A stretch of DNA of 64,000 nt from an uncultured delta proteobacterium (GCA_963760795.1 CAVXEP010000031.1:32001-96000), one strand, 5' to 3'. Shown: positions 47,721 through 58,021, numbered from the stretch's first letter. The notes: generated by a model from the sequence alone, not told the origin. A program made the numbers and translations.

Positions 47721-49007
47721 ATGATTAGTCAGCAGCAACAAGCGGAAGTCATCAAAAGGATCGACCGTGATGAGCTGGCCGCGCTCACTAAAGACCTCGT
47801 CGATATTCCAAGTCCGACCGGTTCGGAAAAAGCGCTCGGCGAGTTTATTCTCACCTGGTTAAGCCGCCACGGCATCAAATCCGTGCGTCAGGAGATCGGC
47901 CCCGAGCGCCTCAACGCCGTCGGGATTATCGAAGGCGGCGCCAACGGCGTTTCGCTCATGATCAACGGCCACATGGACACGAGTTACACTGGCACCGCGG
48001 AAGATGCGATGTTCTGCCGCACCCTGGAGCCCGATGACGATCTCAAAGGCGTGGTGCGCGACGGCAAAGTGTTCGGCCTCGGCGCTTCCAACATGAAGTC
48101 CGGACTCGCCGCCTTTATGATCGCCGGAAGGGCGATCCGTGAAAGCCGTGTGACGCTGAAAGGCGATCTGATTCTCGCCGCGGTGGCTGGCGAAATCTCA
48201 CGCACGCCGGTCGGTCCCTATCAGTCGGAAGCGTATCGCGGCGAGGGCACCGGGACCATTCACTTGTTGACCCATGGAATTCAGTCCGACTACGCCATCG
48301 TGGCAGACCGCTCGGGCCATTCCATCGTGTGGGCGCAAAACGGCGTGACGCAGTTCAAGGTCAGCACCTTTGGCGATCCGCACGCGGCGTGGGGCGTGAC
48401 CCGCGAAGAGAAAGCACCGGAAGCTTCGAGCGCCATTTTGAAAATGATCAAAGTCTTGCAGGCGATCGATGGCTGGGCCGCCGAGTTCGAACGCGCGCAC
48501 GTTTATTCCTCGCCGCATGGCCCGCTGGTGCCCAAGGTCAATATCGGCTCGATTCAAGGCGGCGCGCCGTTCCGGCCGAACTACTATCCCGGCGTTTGCT
48601 CGATTTACGTCGACGTGCGCACGCCGCCGGAATTGCGTCCGGTGCAGGTGCAGCGTGAGCTCAAGGCGGTGCTCGCCAAGCTCGGCATCGAATACGAGAT
48701 CGAAATGTATGCGTCGAAAATGGGTTACGAGGCAAAAAAAGTCGGCGCGGTCATCAAAGTTCTGGAAGACAATTATCTATCGCTATTCGGCAAAAAGACG
48801 CCGACTCCGACCGGGGTGCATGCGAGTATCTGGACCGACACGAATATTTACAATGAAATGGGCATTCCGGCGTGTAAATTCGGGTTGGGCGGCGGACGTT
48901 GGAAGTTTCGCTCGGAACAAATCGATATCGAGGATATCTACCAGGCGGCGCAGGTTTATGCATGCGCTGCGCTGGAGATCTGCAACTGGGATAAACCGCG
49001 AGCTTAA
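47721..49007 (+). CDS. M20 family (ArgE/DapE-like) metallo-hydrolase, divergent metal site
   Basis: PSPTGSE, NGHMDT, G.GASNMK.G, GEI, dimerisation domain NIGSIQGG. Confidence 0.8.
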   Translation: MISQQQQAEVIKRIDRDELAALTKDLVDIPSPTGSEKALGEFILTWLSRHGIKSVRQEIGPERLNAVGIIEGGANGVSLMINGHMDTSYTGTAEDAMFCRTLEPDDDLKGVVRDGKVFGLGASNMKSGLAAFMIAGRAIRESRVTLKGDLILAAVAGEISRTPVGPYQSEAYRGEGTGTIHLLTHGIQSDYAIVADRSGHSIVWAQNGVTQFKVSTFGDPHAAWGVTREEKAPEASSAILKMIKVLQAIDGWAAEFERAHVYSSPHGPLVPKVNIGSIQGGAPFRPNYYPGVCSIYVDVRTPPELRPVQVQRELKAVLAKLGIEYEIEMYASKMGYEAKKVGAVIKVLEDNYLSLFGKKTPTPTGVHASIWTDTNIYNEMGIPACKFGLGGGRWKFRSEQIDIEDIYQAAQVYACAALEICNWDKPRA

Positions 49008-49028
49008 TTTTAGTCCAGGGGTTTTTCC

Positions 49029-49199
49029 ATGGAAGAGCAGCTGCGAAAAATTAACCGCGAATACACTTTCAATCTCAGCGAAGCGGAAATTCAAACCATC
49101 ACGCGTCGGGCCGAGGAGTTCGAGCGCCTGTTTCGCTGTTTGTATGAGGTCGATCTGAGCGATACGCCGCCGTTGCTGAAACTCGACAAAAGGCCTTAG
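49029..49199 (+). CDS. small GatC/AtzG-like amidase partner, 56 aa, not in ORF track
   Basis: MEEQLRKINREYTFNLSEAEIQTITRRAEEFERLFRCLYEVDLSDTPPLLKLDKRP; stop lies 2 nt before the amidase ATG. Confidence 0.65.
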   Translation: MEEQLRKINREYTFNLSEAEIQTITRRAEEFERLFRCLYEVDLSDTPPLLKLDKRP

Positions 49200-49201
49200 C
49201 C

Positions 49202-50645
49202 ATGGCCGTCGATGCTGTCGCCGCAACCATTAGCGAACTGGCGCCGCTCCTACGCCGCAAGAAAATCTCTCCGGTGGAGCTGACCGGGCTCTATCTGGCA
49301 AGGGCGAAACGGCTCAATCCGCTCCTCAATGCCTACATTACTCTGAGCGAAGAGCAGGCTCTTGCCGATGCGGCTCGAGCCGAACGGGAAATCCACCAAA
49401 ACCTGTATCGCGGGCCGCTCCACGGTGTTCCGTTTTCAATCAAAGATAATCTTTCGACGCGGGGTGTTAGAACCACGGCGGGTTCGAAGATTCTCGCCGA
49501 TTGGGTTCCCGACTTCGATGCCACGGCGGTACAAAGGTTGAAAGATGCCGGCGCGATCCTGCTCGGCAAAACCAACATGCACGAATGGGCGCTCGGCGGC
49601 ACGACGATCAATCCGTTCTATGGCACGACACACAACCCCTGGAACGTCGACTACATTGCCGGCGGGTCGAGCGGCGGTTCCGCGGCCGCGGTGGCGGCAG
49701 ATCTGTGCCTCTGCTTCCATCGGCACGGACAGCGCGCAATCCGTGCGTAACCCCGCTTCCATGTGTGGCATCGTCGGACTGAAGCCAACCTACGGGCGAG
49801 TGAGTCAGTACGGCACGGTTGCCGGAACCGGCGCCTATTCGACGAATCATACAGGCTTGCTGACTCGGACCGTGGAAGATTGCGCGCTGGTGCTGCAGAC
49901 GATCGCGGGTCATGATCCCAAAGATTCGCTCAGCGCCAATGCGCCGGTGCCGAACTATTCGCTCGGCATTGGCAAGGTAGTCAACGGTATGAAGGTCGGT
50001 ATTCTGCGCGGCTACTTCGATGAATTCATCGCCAAAGAAGTTAGCGCGAGTATCTCCCAAGCCGTGGCGGCGTTGAACTCACTGGGCGTGCAAACCGAAG
50101 AAGTGACGACTCCGCATCTGGGTCTAATTCCAGCGATCAAAGTTTGTACCAGCCGGGTCGAAAATGCCGCCGCCCACGATCGGTATCTACGTACCAAGGC
50201 AAACGAATACAGCAAAGCGACGCTACACAGCTATATTGCCGCTTTACTGACGCCGGCGGCGACCTACGTGATGGCGCAACGGGCGCGGCGGATTGTCTGC
50301 GACGAGTTCGATGATCTGCTGAAGCGCGTGCAGTTGCTGATCTTGCCGACGATCGGTTTTCCCGTGCCGACGATCGATCAGTGCCAAGCTGGCTATGTGG
50401 AATTCGACGGCAAAAAAATACCGCGGCAAGATTGCCGCGGCGGACTCGAAAGCTTTTGCTGCATCCCGTTCAACGTCACAGGTTTGCCGGCGATCAGCTT
50501 GTGTTGCGGTTTTTCCCAGTCGGGATTGCCGCTGGGTTTGCAGATTATCACCGGCTCTTTTCAAGAGCCATTGCTATTCCAAGTGGCGCACGCTTACGAA
50601 CGGCTCACTGACTGGTACAGGCGCAGGCCGACTCTGCCAGCGTAA
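49202..50645 (+). CDS. amidase-signature enzyme (GatA/AtzE-like), frameshift near 49712
   Basis: GPLHGVPFSIKD, GKTNMHE, GGSSGGS, GTDSAQSVRNPA, GLKPTYG. Confidence 0.88.
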
Positions 50646-50650
50646 AATCA

Positions 50651-52309
50651 TCAGACCGATCGGCCCGAGTGGGTCTTGCCCCAGCGCGCGCGCATGGTTT
50701 TCATGGTGTCGCCCTCGCCGACTTCGACGCGGGTTTGGCGCAAGCGCTCCCAGACTTTTTCATGCTCGCTTTGCGCCGCCAGATCGGCTTCCTGGGACAG
50801 GTCGTCGGGCCAATAACCCATCAGATAGCCATGCCAGGGTTCCTGCGGTTCGAGATTGGGCAAACCCAACTCTTCCCACAGTTGTTTGGCCCGCACCATG
50901 AATTCCTTCTTAGGCAGCGACAGCGGCGGGAAGTCTGCCTTGCGCGTGGCGTCGATCAAAACAGACGACTCGGAATGGTCGTAACGGCTCGACGGGTGGG
51001 TACAGACCATACCGATGGGTGTGGCGCCAAACGGCCGGTCGGTAATAATTTTAAAATCCTTGTGCGGTTGCGAGCGGTGCGTGATCGCCCAAGTGACCGC
51101 CACCGGGTCTTTGATATTGATGTCCTCGTCGCAAGCGACGACCATCTTGCCGACCCGATCGCCGTAATCCAAGATCGCTTGCATCACTTGGCCCGGCTCT
51201 TCGTCGTTGCGCTTCTTAAGACTGACGGCGACGTAGGGGCGCAGATTCACCAGCGGCTCGATTAAATGCACATCGTGGACGCTGTCAAAGCCTTTCTTGA
51301 TCAAATAGCGCTTGATCAACGTCGACATGCCCATGGCCTTGATCTTTGAGCTTTCACTCGGCGTCACCTGGCTGATGATCGACACCCAAATGGGATTTTT
51401 CCGGTGCGTGACGCATTTCAATTCGAACATCAAGCTCAAAGTGCGCGGATCGATATAACCCATGGACTCTCCGTAGGGGCCTTCTTCCTCCATGTACTGG
51501 GTCGGGATAATGCCTTCCAAAACGATCTCCGAAGTGGCCGGCACCTCCAGGTCGACGGTCTTGCACTTGATCAATTCTACTGGCGCTCCCTGGAGACCGC
51601 CCGCCAGCGCCAACTCATCGACATCCGGCGGCACTTTCTGCGTCGCAGCGTAGGACACCACCGGGATCGTGCCGACGACGATGGCGACTTCTAACGGTTT
51701 GCCCATGCGCCGGCATTTCTCCCATTGGTTCGACAAATCTTGCGGCGTGCCGGTCATGAGGCCGGCGCAATCCGGTCCTTTGATCAGACCGCGGTAGTTG
51801 CCGACGTTGCGCTGGCCGGTCTCCGGATCCTTGGTGATCCAGTGACCGGCGGTGATGTACGGGCCGTTGTCGAATCCGGGCGTGGAGATTGGCACGGCGA
51901 ATTCGTTGATCCCGCCGTGGGCGAGCAGATCGGCGCCCATGTGTACTTCTTCCTGGGCCGGGCCGCTGTCGACCATGATCGGCGCGATCAAATTATCGAG
52001 CGCATGAATCCAGCGATCGGGAACTTCCTCCGGTTGGCATTTAAGTCCCAGCGAATAAATCGCCTCCGAGCCGGACAGGCCGCCGACTAAAACAGAGCAA
52101 TTGTACTTGTGGCCTTTGCCGTCGACGACATTGTCGAACAAGAAACCGCGCCGCTGCGCTTCGGCGATGCCGCCGCGATACTGCCAGCGCACCAGCGGCT
52201 GCAGCTCGTTGTCTTTGTTGATTTCTTTGGTGATGCGATAGAGCTTCTCGTGCTTTTCCAGTTCGCCGATAAATTCGCGCAGATCGTGATAGGGCTTGGC
52301 AAAATTCAT
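50651..52309 (-). CDS. UbiD family (prFMN-dependent) decarboxylase
   Basis: DLREFI, RNVGNYR, VPATSEIVLEG, EGPYGE.MGY, DEDI, IDAT. Confidence 0.9.
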   Translation of the reverse strand: MNFAKPYHDLREFIGELEKHEKLYRITKEINKDNELQPLVRWQYRGGIAEAQRRGFLFDNVVDGKGHKYNCSVLVGGLSGSEAIYSLGLKCQPEEVPDRWIHALDNLIAPIMVDSGPAQEEVHMGADLLAHGGINEFAVPISTPGFDNGPYITAGHWITKDPETGQRNVGNYRGLIKGPDCAGLMTGTPQDLSNQWEKCRRMGKPLEVAIVVGTIPVVSYAATQKVPPDVDELALAGGLQGAPVELIKCKTVDLEVPATSEIVLEGIIPTQYMEEEGPYGESMGYIDPRTLSLMFELKCVTHRKNPIWVSIISQVTPSESSKIKAMGMSTLIKRYLIKKGFDSVHDVHLIEPLVNLRPYVAVSLKKRNDEEPGQVMQAILDYGDRVGKMVVACDEDINIKDPVAVTWAITHRSQPHKDFKIITDRPFGATPIGMVCTHPSSRYDHSESSVLIDATRKADFPPLSLPKKEFMVRAKQLWEELGLPNLEPQEPWHGYLMGYWPDDLSQEADLAAQSEHEKVWERLRQTRVEVGEGDTMKTMRARWGKTHSGRSV

Positions 52310-52409
52310 AGAGTTTTGGTCTATGAGTTTTTTTCTGGTTAATCAAGGCCATTCGGGCCATTTTGCTTGCATATTTCCCGGCGAATCGTAAAATTGACCG
52401 TGCCTTCCG

Positions 52410-53813
52410 ATGTCACTGAAAATTTTCAACACACTGACCAACGCTAAAGAACTATTTACGCCGCTGACGCCCGGCCACGTGCGCATGTATGTCTGCGGCG
52501 TGACGGTGTACGACTCGGCGCATATCGGCCATGCACGCTCGTTTTTCACCTTCGACATCATCTATCGCTATTTGAAGTTCTCCGGCTTCGACGTTGCCTA
52601 CGTGCGCAACTTTACCGATGTCGACGACAAGATCATCAATAAGGCCAACGCTGAGAACGTGAGCTGCGACACCATCACCAGCCGCTACATCGAAGAGTTT
52701 GCCCAAGACGGGGAGAGCCTGGGTTGGCTGTGGCCGGCGCGGGAACCGCGCGCCACCGAGCATATGGCTGAGATCATCGCCATCATTGAAAAGCTTGCAG
52801 CCAAAGGACTCGCCTACAGGGTCGACGGCGACATGTATTACGCGGTTTCGGGCTTCGCCGATTACGGCAAGCTGTCGCGCAAAAAAATTGATGAACTCGA
52901 AGCCGGCGCGCGGGTGGAAGTAGACGAGCGCAAGCGCTCGCCTCTGGATTTTGCCTTGTGGAAATCGAGCAAGCCGGGCGAGCCGACTTGGGATAGCCCT
53001 TGGGGTCCCGGGCGGCCGGGCTGGCATATCGAATGTTCGGCCATGAGCACCAAATATTTGGGCCAGCCATTTGACATTCACGGCGGTGGTCGGGATTTGA
53101 TTTTTCCTCATCATGAGAACGAAATCGCCCAGTCCGAAGGCGCCTTCGGCCAAGCCTTGGCGCGCTATTGGATTCACGCCGGCTTTCTCAACATCAATCA
53201 AGAAAAGATGTCCAAGTCGCTGGGCAATTTTTTCACCGTTCGCGATATTCTTGGTGAATTCGATGCGGTGGCGTTGCGCCATTTTTTTCTCGGCAGCCAT
53301 TATCGTAATCCACTGGATTTCTCTAAAGATGGCTTGGCTGAGGCGAGCAAAGCGGCCGATCGAATCTTCGATACCATCGAGCGGTTGGGTAAATCGATCA
53401 ACACTAGCGCCCCGGCGACCGCCGATGGCGCGTTGATGGAATCGTTCCGTCAGGAGATGGATGATGATTTCAACACGCCGCGGGCGCTGGCCTTGATCTT
53501 CGACGAGGTGCGCGCGCTCAACAAACTGCTCGATCAGAAAAAGGCCAAGGGGATCGAGGCGCGCTATGAGGCGCTTCTCGCCATGTGCGATGTTTTAGGG
53601 CTGCTGCAGGAAGGTTATTTTGAGCGCAAGAAACAGCGCTGGTTAAAAAACGGCATCCTATCGGAAGGTGAGATCCTAGCGGCGATCGGCCAGCGCAACG
53701 AAGCACGCAAAGCCAAGAATTTTTCGGAAGCGGATCGAATTCGCGATGAGCTCAATCGGCATGGAGTCGCGATCGAGGACACGCCGGAGGGGACGATATG
53801 GAAAGTAAGATGA
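52410..53813 (+). CDS. cysS: cysteine--tRNA ligase
   Basis: YVCGVTVY, HIGH, GRPGWHIECSAM, KMSKS. Confidence 0.98.
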   Translation: MSLKIFNTLTNAKELFTPLTPGHVRMYVCGVTVYDSAHIGHARSFFTFDIIYRYLKFSGFDVAYVRNFTDVDDKIINKANAENVSCDTITSRYIEEFAQDGESLGWLWPAREPRATEHMAEIIAIIEKLAAKGLAYRVDGDMYYAVSGFADYGKLSRKKIDELEAGARVEVDERKRSPLDFALWKSSKPGEPTWDSPWGPGRPGWHIECSAMSTKYLGQPFDIHGGGRDLIFPHHENEIAQSEGAFGQALARYWIHAGFLNINQEKMSKSLGNFFTVRDILGEFDAVALRHFFLGSHYRNPLDFSKDGLAEASKAADRIFDTIERLGKSINTSAPATADGALMESFRQEMDDDFNTPRALALIFDEVRALNKLLDQKKAKGIEARYEALLAMCDVLGLLQEGYFERKKQRWLKNGILSEGEILAAIGQRNEARKAKNFSEADRIRDELNRHGVAIEDTPEGTIWKVR

Positions 53814-55612
53814 TGGGCGGGGCTGGTGGCGGATTCCTTATTGCCGTTGGGTTGTGGTCGGCGGCGGCTGGGAGTTGGTCGGTCCTGGCGCAGGAAACGG
53901 CCAGTGGCGGCCAAGCGGAGATTAATTTACGGCGGTCGGCGCAGAGCCGGCCTTACCAGGGGCGCGAAGTTGAAGGCGAGGAGCGCCAAATCGCCCCTGG
54001 GGATACTCTGTGGCGCATTTTGGTGCGCGACAAAGGTTTGCCCGGACAGCACTTTCATAGTTACATTGTGGTTATTCGCGGGCTGAATCCGCAAATCAAA
54101 GATCCTGAAATCCTCCGGGTCGGCGACAAGATTTTTATCCCGCTGCGGCCAGATCAAGTCGCTGGCGCACGCCCGGTGTCGGACCTATCGGCAGATCGCT
54201 CGAACAGCGGCCGGGGAACCACGACCAACTATCGAGTCAAAGCCGGCGAGCATCTCTACCAAATCCTGCGCGAACAGTTAAAGCCCACCGACGAGCTCAA
54301 ATTGGCGCAGTATTACGCTTTGGTCAAAGACTTGAATCCTGAACGCAAGAACTGGGATAGCATATCCGAAGGCGAAATCATTCGCTTACCGATGCTAGGC
54401 CAAGGGAATCAAGTCGCGGCAGCGCCGGCGCTCAAGTCTTTGCGGCCCGGTGAATCCACACCGGCGGAAAATCGTCCGACGTTGGAATCTCGGCCAACGA
54501 GTGAAACTAAACCGGCTGCCGCCACGCTCGATCGCCGTCAGGCGCTGCGCGCGCCGGCCAAGGAAAACATGGCGCTGTTCGCCAAAGTCGCTGAGGCGAT
54601 CGGCGGCGAAGTGCAAAATAGCGGTGAAGAAGTGATATCGATCATCGATGGCAACCTTCGTTTCGACAAGGCGAGCTATCCGGTGGTGTACAGTGCCGCA
54701 CTACGCCAGAAAGTGGTAATCGACCCGGACGGAAAAATTCCCGCGTCCCTGCGTAGCAAGCTGGCGGATCCAAGAGTCGGCACAGCGATCGTGCCGATGG
54801 CCAACGGCGTTTCGATCCAAAATGCGGTTAGCCAATTACTCGCTGGATTAGGCTATCAATCGCTGCCCACCGACCGGCCGGTAATCGTTCAAGAAGAAGG
54901 GGTTGCCTACGAGGCCACAGGTAGCTGGATGGCGCTGGCGCCGGCGCAGAGCAAACAGACCCAGGAAGTTTATGTCATCAGTTTGGCCGAAGAGGCTGGG
55001 GAAATTCCCGACTATCTAAAGAGCCAGTTGCAAAAAAACGGCTTGCATCTGCAAGATATCCTGGTGTCGGCTGCGCCGATCCAACCGGCGCAGCCGGCCA
55101 GAAGCGAGTCCAAGGATGTCTTGACCCAGGTCAAAACCTGGCCCCGTGATAAGCGCGAGATGGTCGATGCGCTGCTGTTTGCCTTCGGTGTGCCGTTCGG
55201 CGTGGCGGAAAGCATTTCCGTGCAGCTGCGCGACGGCCTGCGCCTCGATGCCCGCAGCGATCGCGTTTTTGACTTCTCCGGCAAAAAGACCGCGCTGTTT
55301 TTCCAACGTCCCGACAGCGAAGTCGTAAAGGCACTGCAAGAAACTCAAGGGGTGCGCGCTGTCGCCCTCGATCTGACCACCTTAAGTTCGCGGGAAGTGA
55401 TCACCCGTATTGTGAATCTTTTAGGTGACCAGACCGCCTATCGCGAGCATCGTTTCCCGGCGGCCCAGGGCGCGGCAAAAGATCGCTTGACGGTGACCGC
55501 TTGGGGATTTCATCTGCCGCAGCGCTCGATGTTTGTCACCGACCGGCAGATTCCGGCTGGATTACACCGCTTCTTTTTTGAAAAAGGGCTGGATATCGTC
55601 TATTTTCAATAA
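53798..55612 (+). CDS. exported protein with two LysM-like domains
   Basis: Signal peptide; GDTLWRI...LNP.I.DPEILRVGDKIFIP and VKAGEHLYQI...LNP...I.EGE.I.LP. Confidence 0.75.
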   Translation: MESKMMGGAGGGFLIAVGLWSAAAGSWSVLAQETASGGQAEINLRRSAQSRPYQGREVEGEERQIAPGDTLWRILVRDKGLPGQHFHSYIVVIRGLNPQIKDPEILRVGDKIFIPLRPDQVAGARPVSDLSADRSNSGRGTTTNYRVKAGEHLYQILREQLKPTDELKLAQYYALVKDLNPERKNWDSISEGEIIRLPMLGQGNQVAAAPALKSLRPGESTPAENRPTLESRPTSETKPAAATLDRRQALRAPAKENMALFAKVAEAIGGEVQNSGEEVISIIDGNLRFDKASYPVVYSAALRQKVVIDPDGKIPASLRSKLADPRVGTAIVPMANGVSIQNAVSQLLAGLGYQSLPTDRPVIVQEEGVAYEATGSWMALAPAQSKQTQEVYVISLAEEAGEIPDYLKSQLQKNGLHLQDILVSAAPIQPAQPARSESKDVLTQVKTWPRDKREMVDALLFAFGVPFGVAESISVQLRDGLRLDARSDRVFDFSGKKTALFFQRPDSEVVKALQETQGVRAVALDLTTLSSREVITRIVNLLGDQTAYREHRFPAAQGAAKDRLTVTAWGFHLPQRSMFVTDRQIPAGLHRFFFEKGLDIVYFQ

Positions 55613-55626
55613 TCAATGCCGCATGT

Positions 55627-55703
55627 GCGCCCGTAGCTCAACTGGACAGAGCATCAGACTTCGAATCTGAGGGTTGGCGGTTCAAATCCGTCCGGGCGCG
55701 CCA
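55627..55703 (+). tRNA. tRNA-Arg, anticodon TCG
   Basis: Acceptor gcgcccg/cgggcgc, anticodon arm tcaga-ctTCGaa-tctga, T loop gttcaaat, encoded CCA. Confidence 0.95.
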
Positions 55704-55747
55704 TTTAATTTAGCAACCTATTTTTCCAAACCTCATCGACTCCGTCT

Positions 55748-56245
55748 ATGCGTCGCTGCTGTTTCATCGTTGTCTTTCGGTTTAGCCTAGGCTCTGAGCA
55801 AGCTCTCGACGCGCAACCGCGCCACCTCTACAGCAGTGCCGCGGTATCCGGCATTCACCTGCCGGTGTGGCCCGCCAACGATATCGGACTGTCTCAAAAG
55901 TATGGTTTGAGCGTCGATGTGGTGGTCATCAGCGGCGGCACCGTTGGCATGCAATCGCTGCTCGGCGGCAGCACGGAGACATCATCGAGCTCTGCCGCCA
56001 TGGGTCCGATCAATAACGTGTTGGTCGGCGGTGACGCGGTTATCATTGGCGGCGTGCTCAACAAAAATCTGCTCAAGTTCGTCCCCCGCAAGGAAATCCG
56101 CGAAGTCGACCCGGAATGGCTGTCGCCGCAGGCGACTAATTTGGTTTCGGAACACAAAGTCGTGGTCGGCTTGCTGGCAACCTGTCGTCACGGACAGCAT
56201 CAAGTGGCCGATCCCGAAGGTAACTTTCTCGACGTGTCCGAGTAG
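55748..56245 (+). pseudogene. remnant of a NitT/TauT substrate-binding protein with an unrelated tail
   Basis: LPVW.A.D.GL.QKYGL.V..V.ISGG N-terminal motif, similarity lost after about 118 aa. Confidence 0.6.
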
Positions 56246-56263
56246 TCACAGCGCGGCATTTCG

Positions 56264-56704
56264 ATGCAACAGCCCACACGCAAACAAATTGACGTTGTCG
56301 CCGGGCTAGTCTTCGATGGCCAAAGACTGTTGGTTTGCCAACGCCACCACAAAGCTGCCTTTCCGCTCAAGTGGGAGTTTCCCGGCGGCAAAGTTGAAGC
56401 CGGGGAGTCGGCCACCGCCGCCTTGGCTCGCGAGCTTAAAGAAGAACTTGACATCGGCACCGGTGACTTAAAATTATTTCATCGCCACAACCACGCCTAT
56501 GCCGAGGGGCCGGATGTCTCGCTAAGCTTTTATCAGGTCCTGGATTACCAAGGAGTCATAAAAAATCTAGTATTCGAACAGATCGCCTGGTCGAGCCTGG
56601 CCGAATTAGCGAGTTTTGACTTTCTCGAAGGGGATTTGCCCCTGGTCAATCAATTGGCGAAAGGGGATTTGTCGGGCCAATTTATCGTCGCTGGCAAAAA
56701 ATAA
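56264..56704 (+). CDS. MutT/NudG-like NUDIX (d)NTP pyrophosphohydrolase
   Basis: WEFPGGKVEAGES...ALARELKEEL. Confidence 0.9.
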   Translation: MQQPTRKQIDVVAGLVFDGQRLLVCQRHHKAAFPLKWEFPGGKVEAGESATAALARELKEELDIGTGDLKLFHRHNHAYAEGPDVSLSFYQVLDYQGVIKNLVFEQIAWSSLAELASFDFLEGDLPLVNQLAKGDLSGQFIVAGKK

Positions 56705-56736
56705 CAGGTTCGTGACGGATTGCCGGCCCCATTAAT

Positions 56737-56765
56737 TTGACAGCCCGCCGTTGCGCAGCTATTCT
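56737..56765 (+). promoter_or_regulatory. sigma70-type promoter
   Basis: TTGACA-17 nt-TATTCT. Confidence 0.55.
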
Positions 56766-56794
56766 AGCGCAACTACGAACTTCTCCAGTATTTC

Positions 56795-57403
56795 ATGACA
56801 CGTATAATCATAACTCTTGCCGCCGTTTGTCTACTTGTTGCCGCGGCGCATCCCGCGCGCGCCGATGTCTACATGTTCAAGGACAAGCAGGGGGTTTTGA
56901 CCTTCACCAATGTGCCAAACCACACGGGTTACAGGCGAATACTTAAAGATAGTGGCGCCTCGCTCGGCGGCGGCGCTGTGACCGGCGCGGCCTTTGACGA
57001 CTTGATCAGCTCCGCGTCGGGTCGCTACAACGTCGATCCCGATTTAATTCGCGCCGTGATCAAGACCGAATCCGATTTCAACAGCAACGCGCGCTCGAAC
57101 AAGGGCGCCATGGGGTTGATGCAGCTCATGCCCGATACTGCGCGCTTGCATAATGTCAGCGATGCTTTCAATCCCAATGAAAACGTCGATGGCGGCGTGC
57201 GCCATCTACGACTGCTGCTGGAACGTTACCAAGGCAATCTCGAGTTGTCGCTCGCGGCGTACAATGCCGGAGCCGGCGCGGTGGAAAAGCATGGCGGCAT
57301 CCCCCCGTATAACGAGACCCGCGAGTATGTCCGCAAGGTCCTGCGCTTTTATGACGCGTTTCGCGGTACGAGTCTCAATTCTCTCCAGCAAGCCCGACAA
57401 TAG
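56795..57403 (+). CDS. lytic transglycosylase (SLT domain) with DUF4124-like N-terminus
   Basis: AVIKTES.FN, GAMGLMQLMP, AAYNAG, ETREYV. Confidence 0.92.
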   Translation: MTRIIITLAAVCLLVAAAHPARADVYMFKDKQGVLTFTNVPNHTGYRRILKDSGASLGGGAVTGAAFDDLISSASGRYNVDPDLIRAVIKTESDFNSNARSNKGAMGLMQLMPDTARLHNVSDAFNPNENVDGGVRHLRLLLERYQGNLELSLAAYNAGAGAVEKHGGIPPYNETREYVRKVLRFYDAFRGTSLNSLQQARQ

Positions 57404-57438
57404 CGCGTAGCTTTCTATAGTAGTTTCTTCGAGGTCCC

Positions 57439-58008
57439 ATGGTTTGGACACTACCGAACCTGCTAAGTCTATTTCGCATTCTGATTATCCCGCTATTGGT
57501 TTATTTGTTGAGCTTTCCTGACCGCCGCTCGTCGCTTTGGGCCGCCGCGCTCTTCCTGGTGGCCTCGATTACCGATTATTTCGACGGCTACTTCGCCCGG
57601 CGCAACAAGAGCGTCTCCGAGCTTGGCAAGATCCTCGATCCATTGGCGGATAAGCTGATGGTCGCCTCCGCCTTGATCATGCTTGCCGCCATGGACCGAA
57701 CCGGAGAGCCCAGCGTGCCAGCCTGGTTGGTCGTGGTGATCCTCGCCCGCGAGAGCGCGGTCACGGTGCTTCGCGGGATCGCGCTCGCCGACGGCATCGT
57801 CATGCAAGCCGAGACCCTGGGGAAATATAAGTTCATCATGCAGGCCTACGCCGTCGTCGGCCTGCTGGTGCATTATCAATACTGGGGTTTGGATTTCTTT
57901 GTCGCCGGGATGTATTTCCTGGTGCTTTCCGCCGTGATCGCCGCCTGGTCCGGCATCAACTATCACGTGAAGTTTTTTCGCCTGCGACTGGCCCGCAGCG
58001 CCCGCTAA
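57439..58008 (+). CDS. pgsA: CDP-diacylglycerol--glycerol-3-phosphate 3-phosphatidyltransferase
   Basis: PNLLSLFR, D..DG..AR......G..LDPLADK; followed by tRNA-Gly as in many bacteria. Confidence 0.93.
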   Translation: MVWTLPNLLSLFRILIIPLLVYLLSFPDRRSSLWAAALFLVASITDYFDGYFARRNKSVSELGKILDPLADKLMVASALIMLAAMDRTGEPSVPAWLVVVILARESAVTVLRGIALADGIVMQAETLGKYKFIMQAYAVVGLLVHYQYWGLDFFVAGMYFLVLSAVIAAWSGINYHVKFFRLRLARSAR

Positions 58009-58021
58009 ATCGCCAGCGAAA

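Noticed and set aside
49029-50645. Housekeeping gatCA
   Set aside because: No gatB follows, the context is catabolic, and the signature reads GTDSAQS and not GSDTGGS
24738-50645. Programmed ribosomal frameshifting in the split genes
   Set aside because: No slippery heptamers or consistent direction at the junctions, and these families are not known to be recoded; assembly error is simpler
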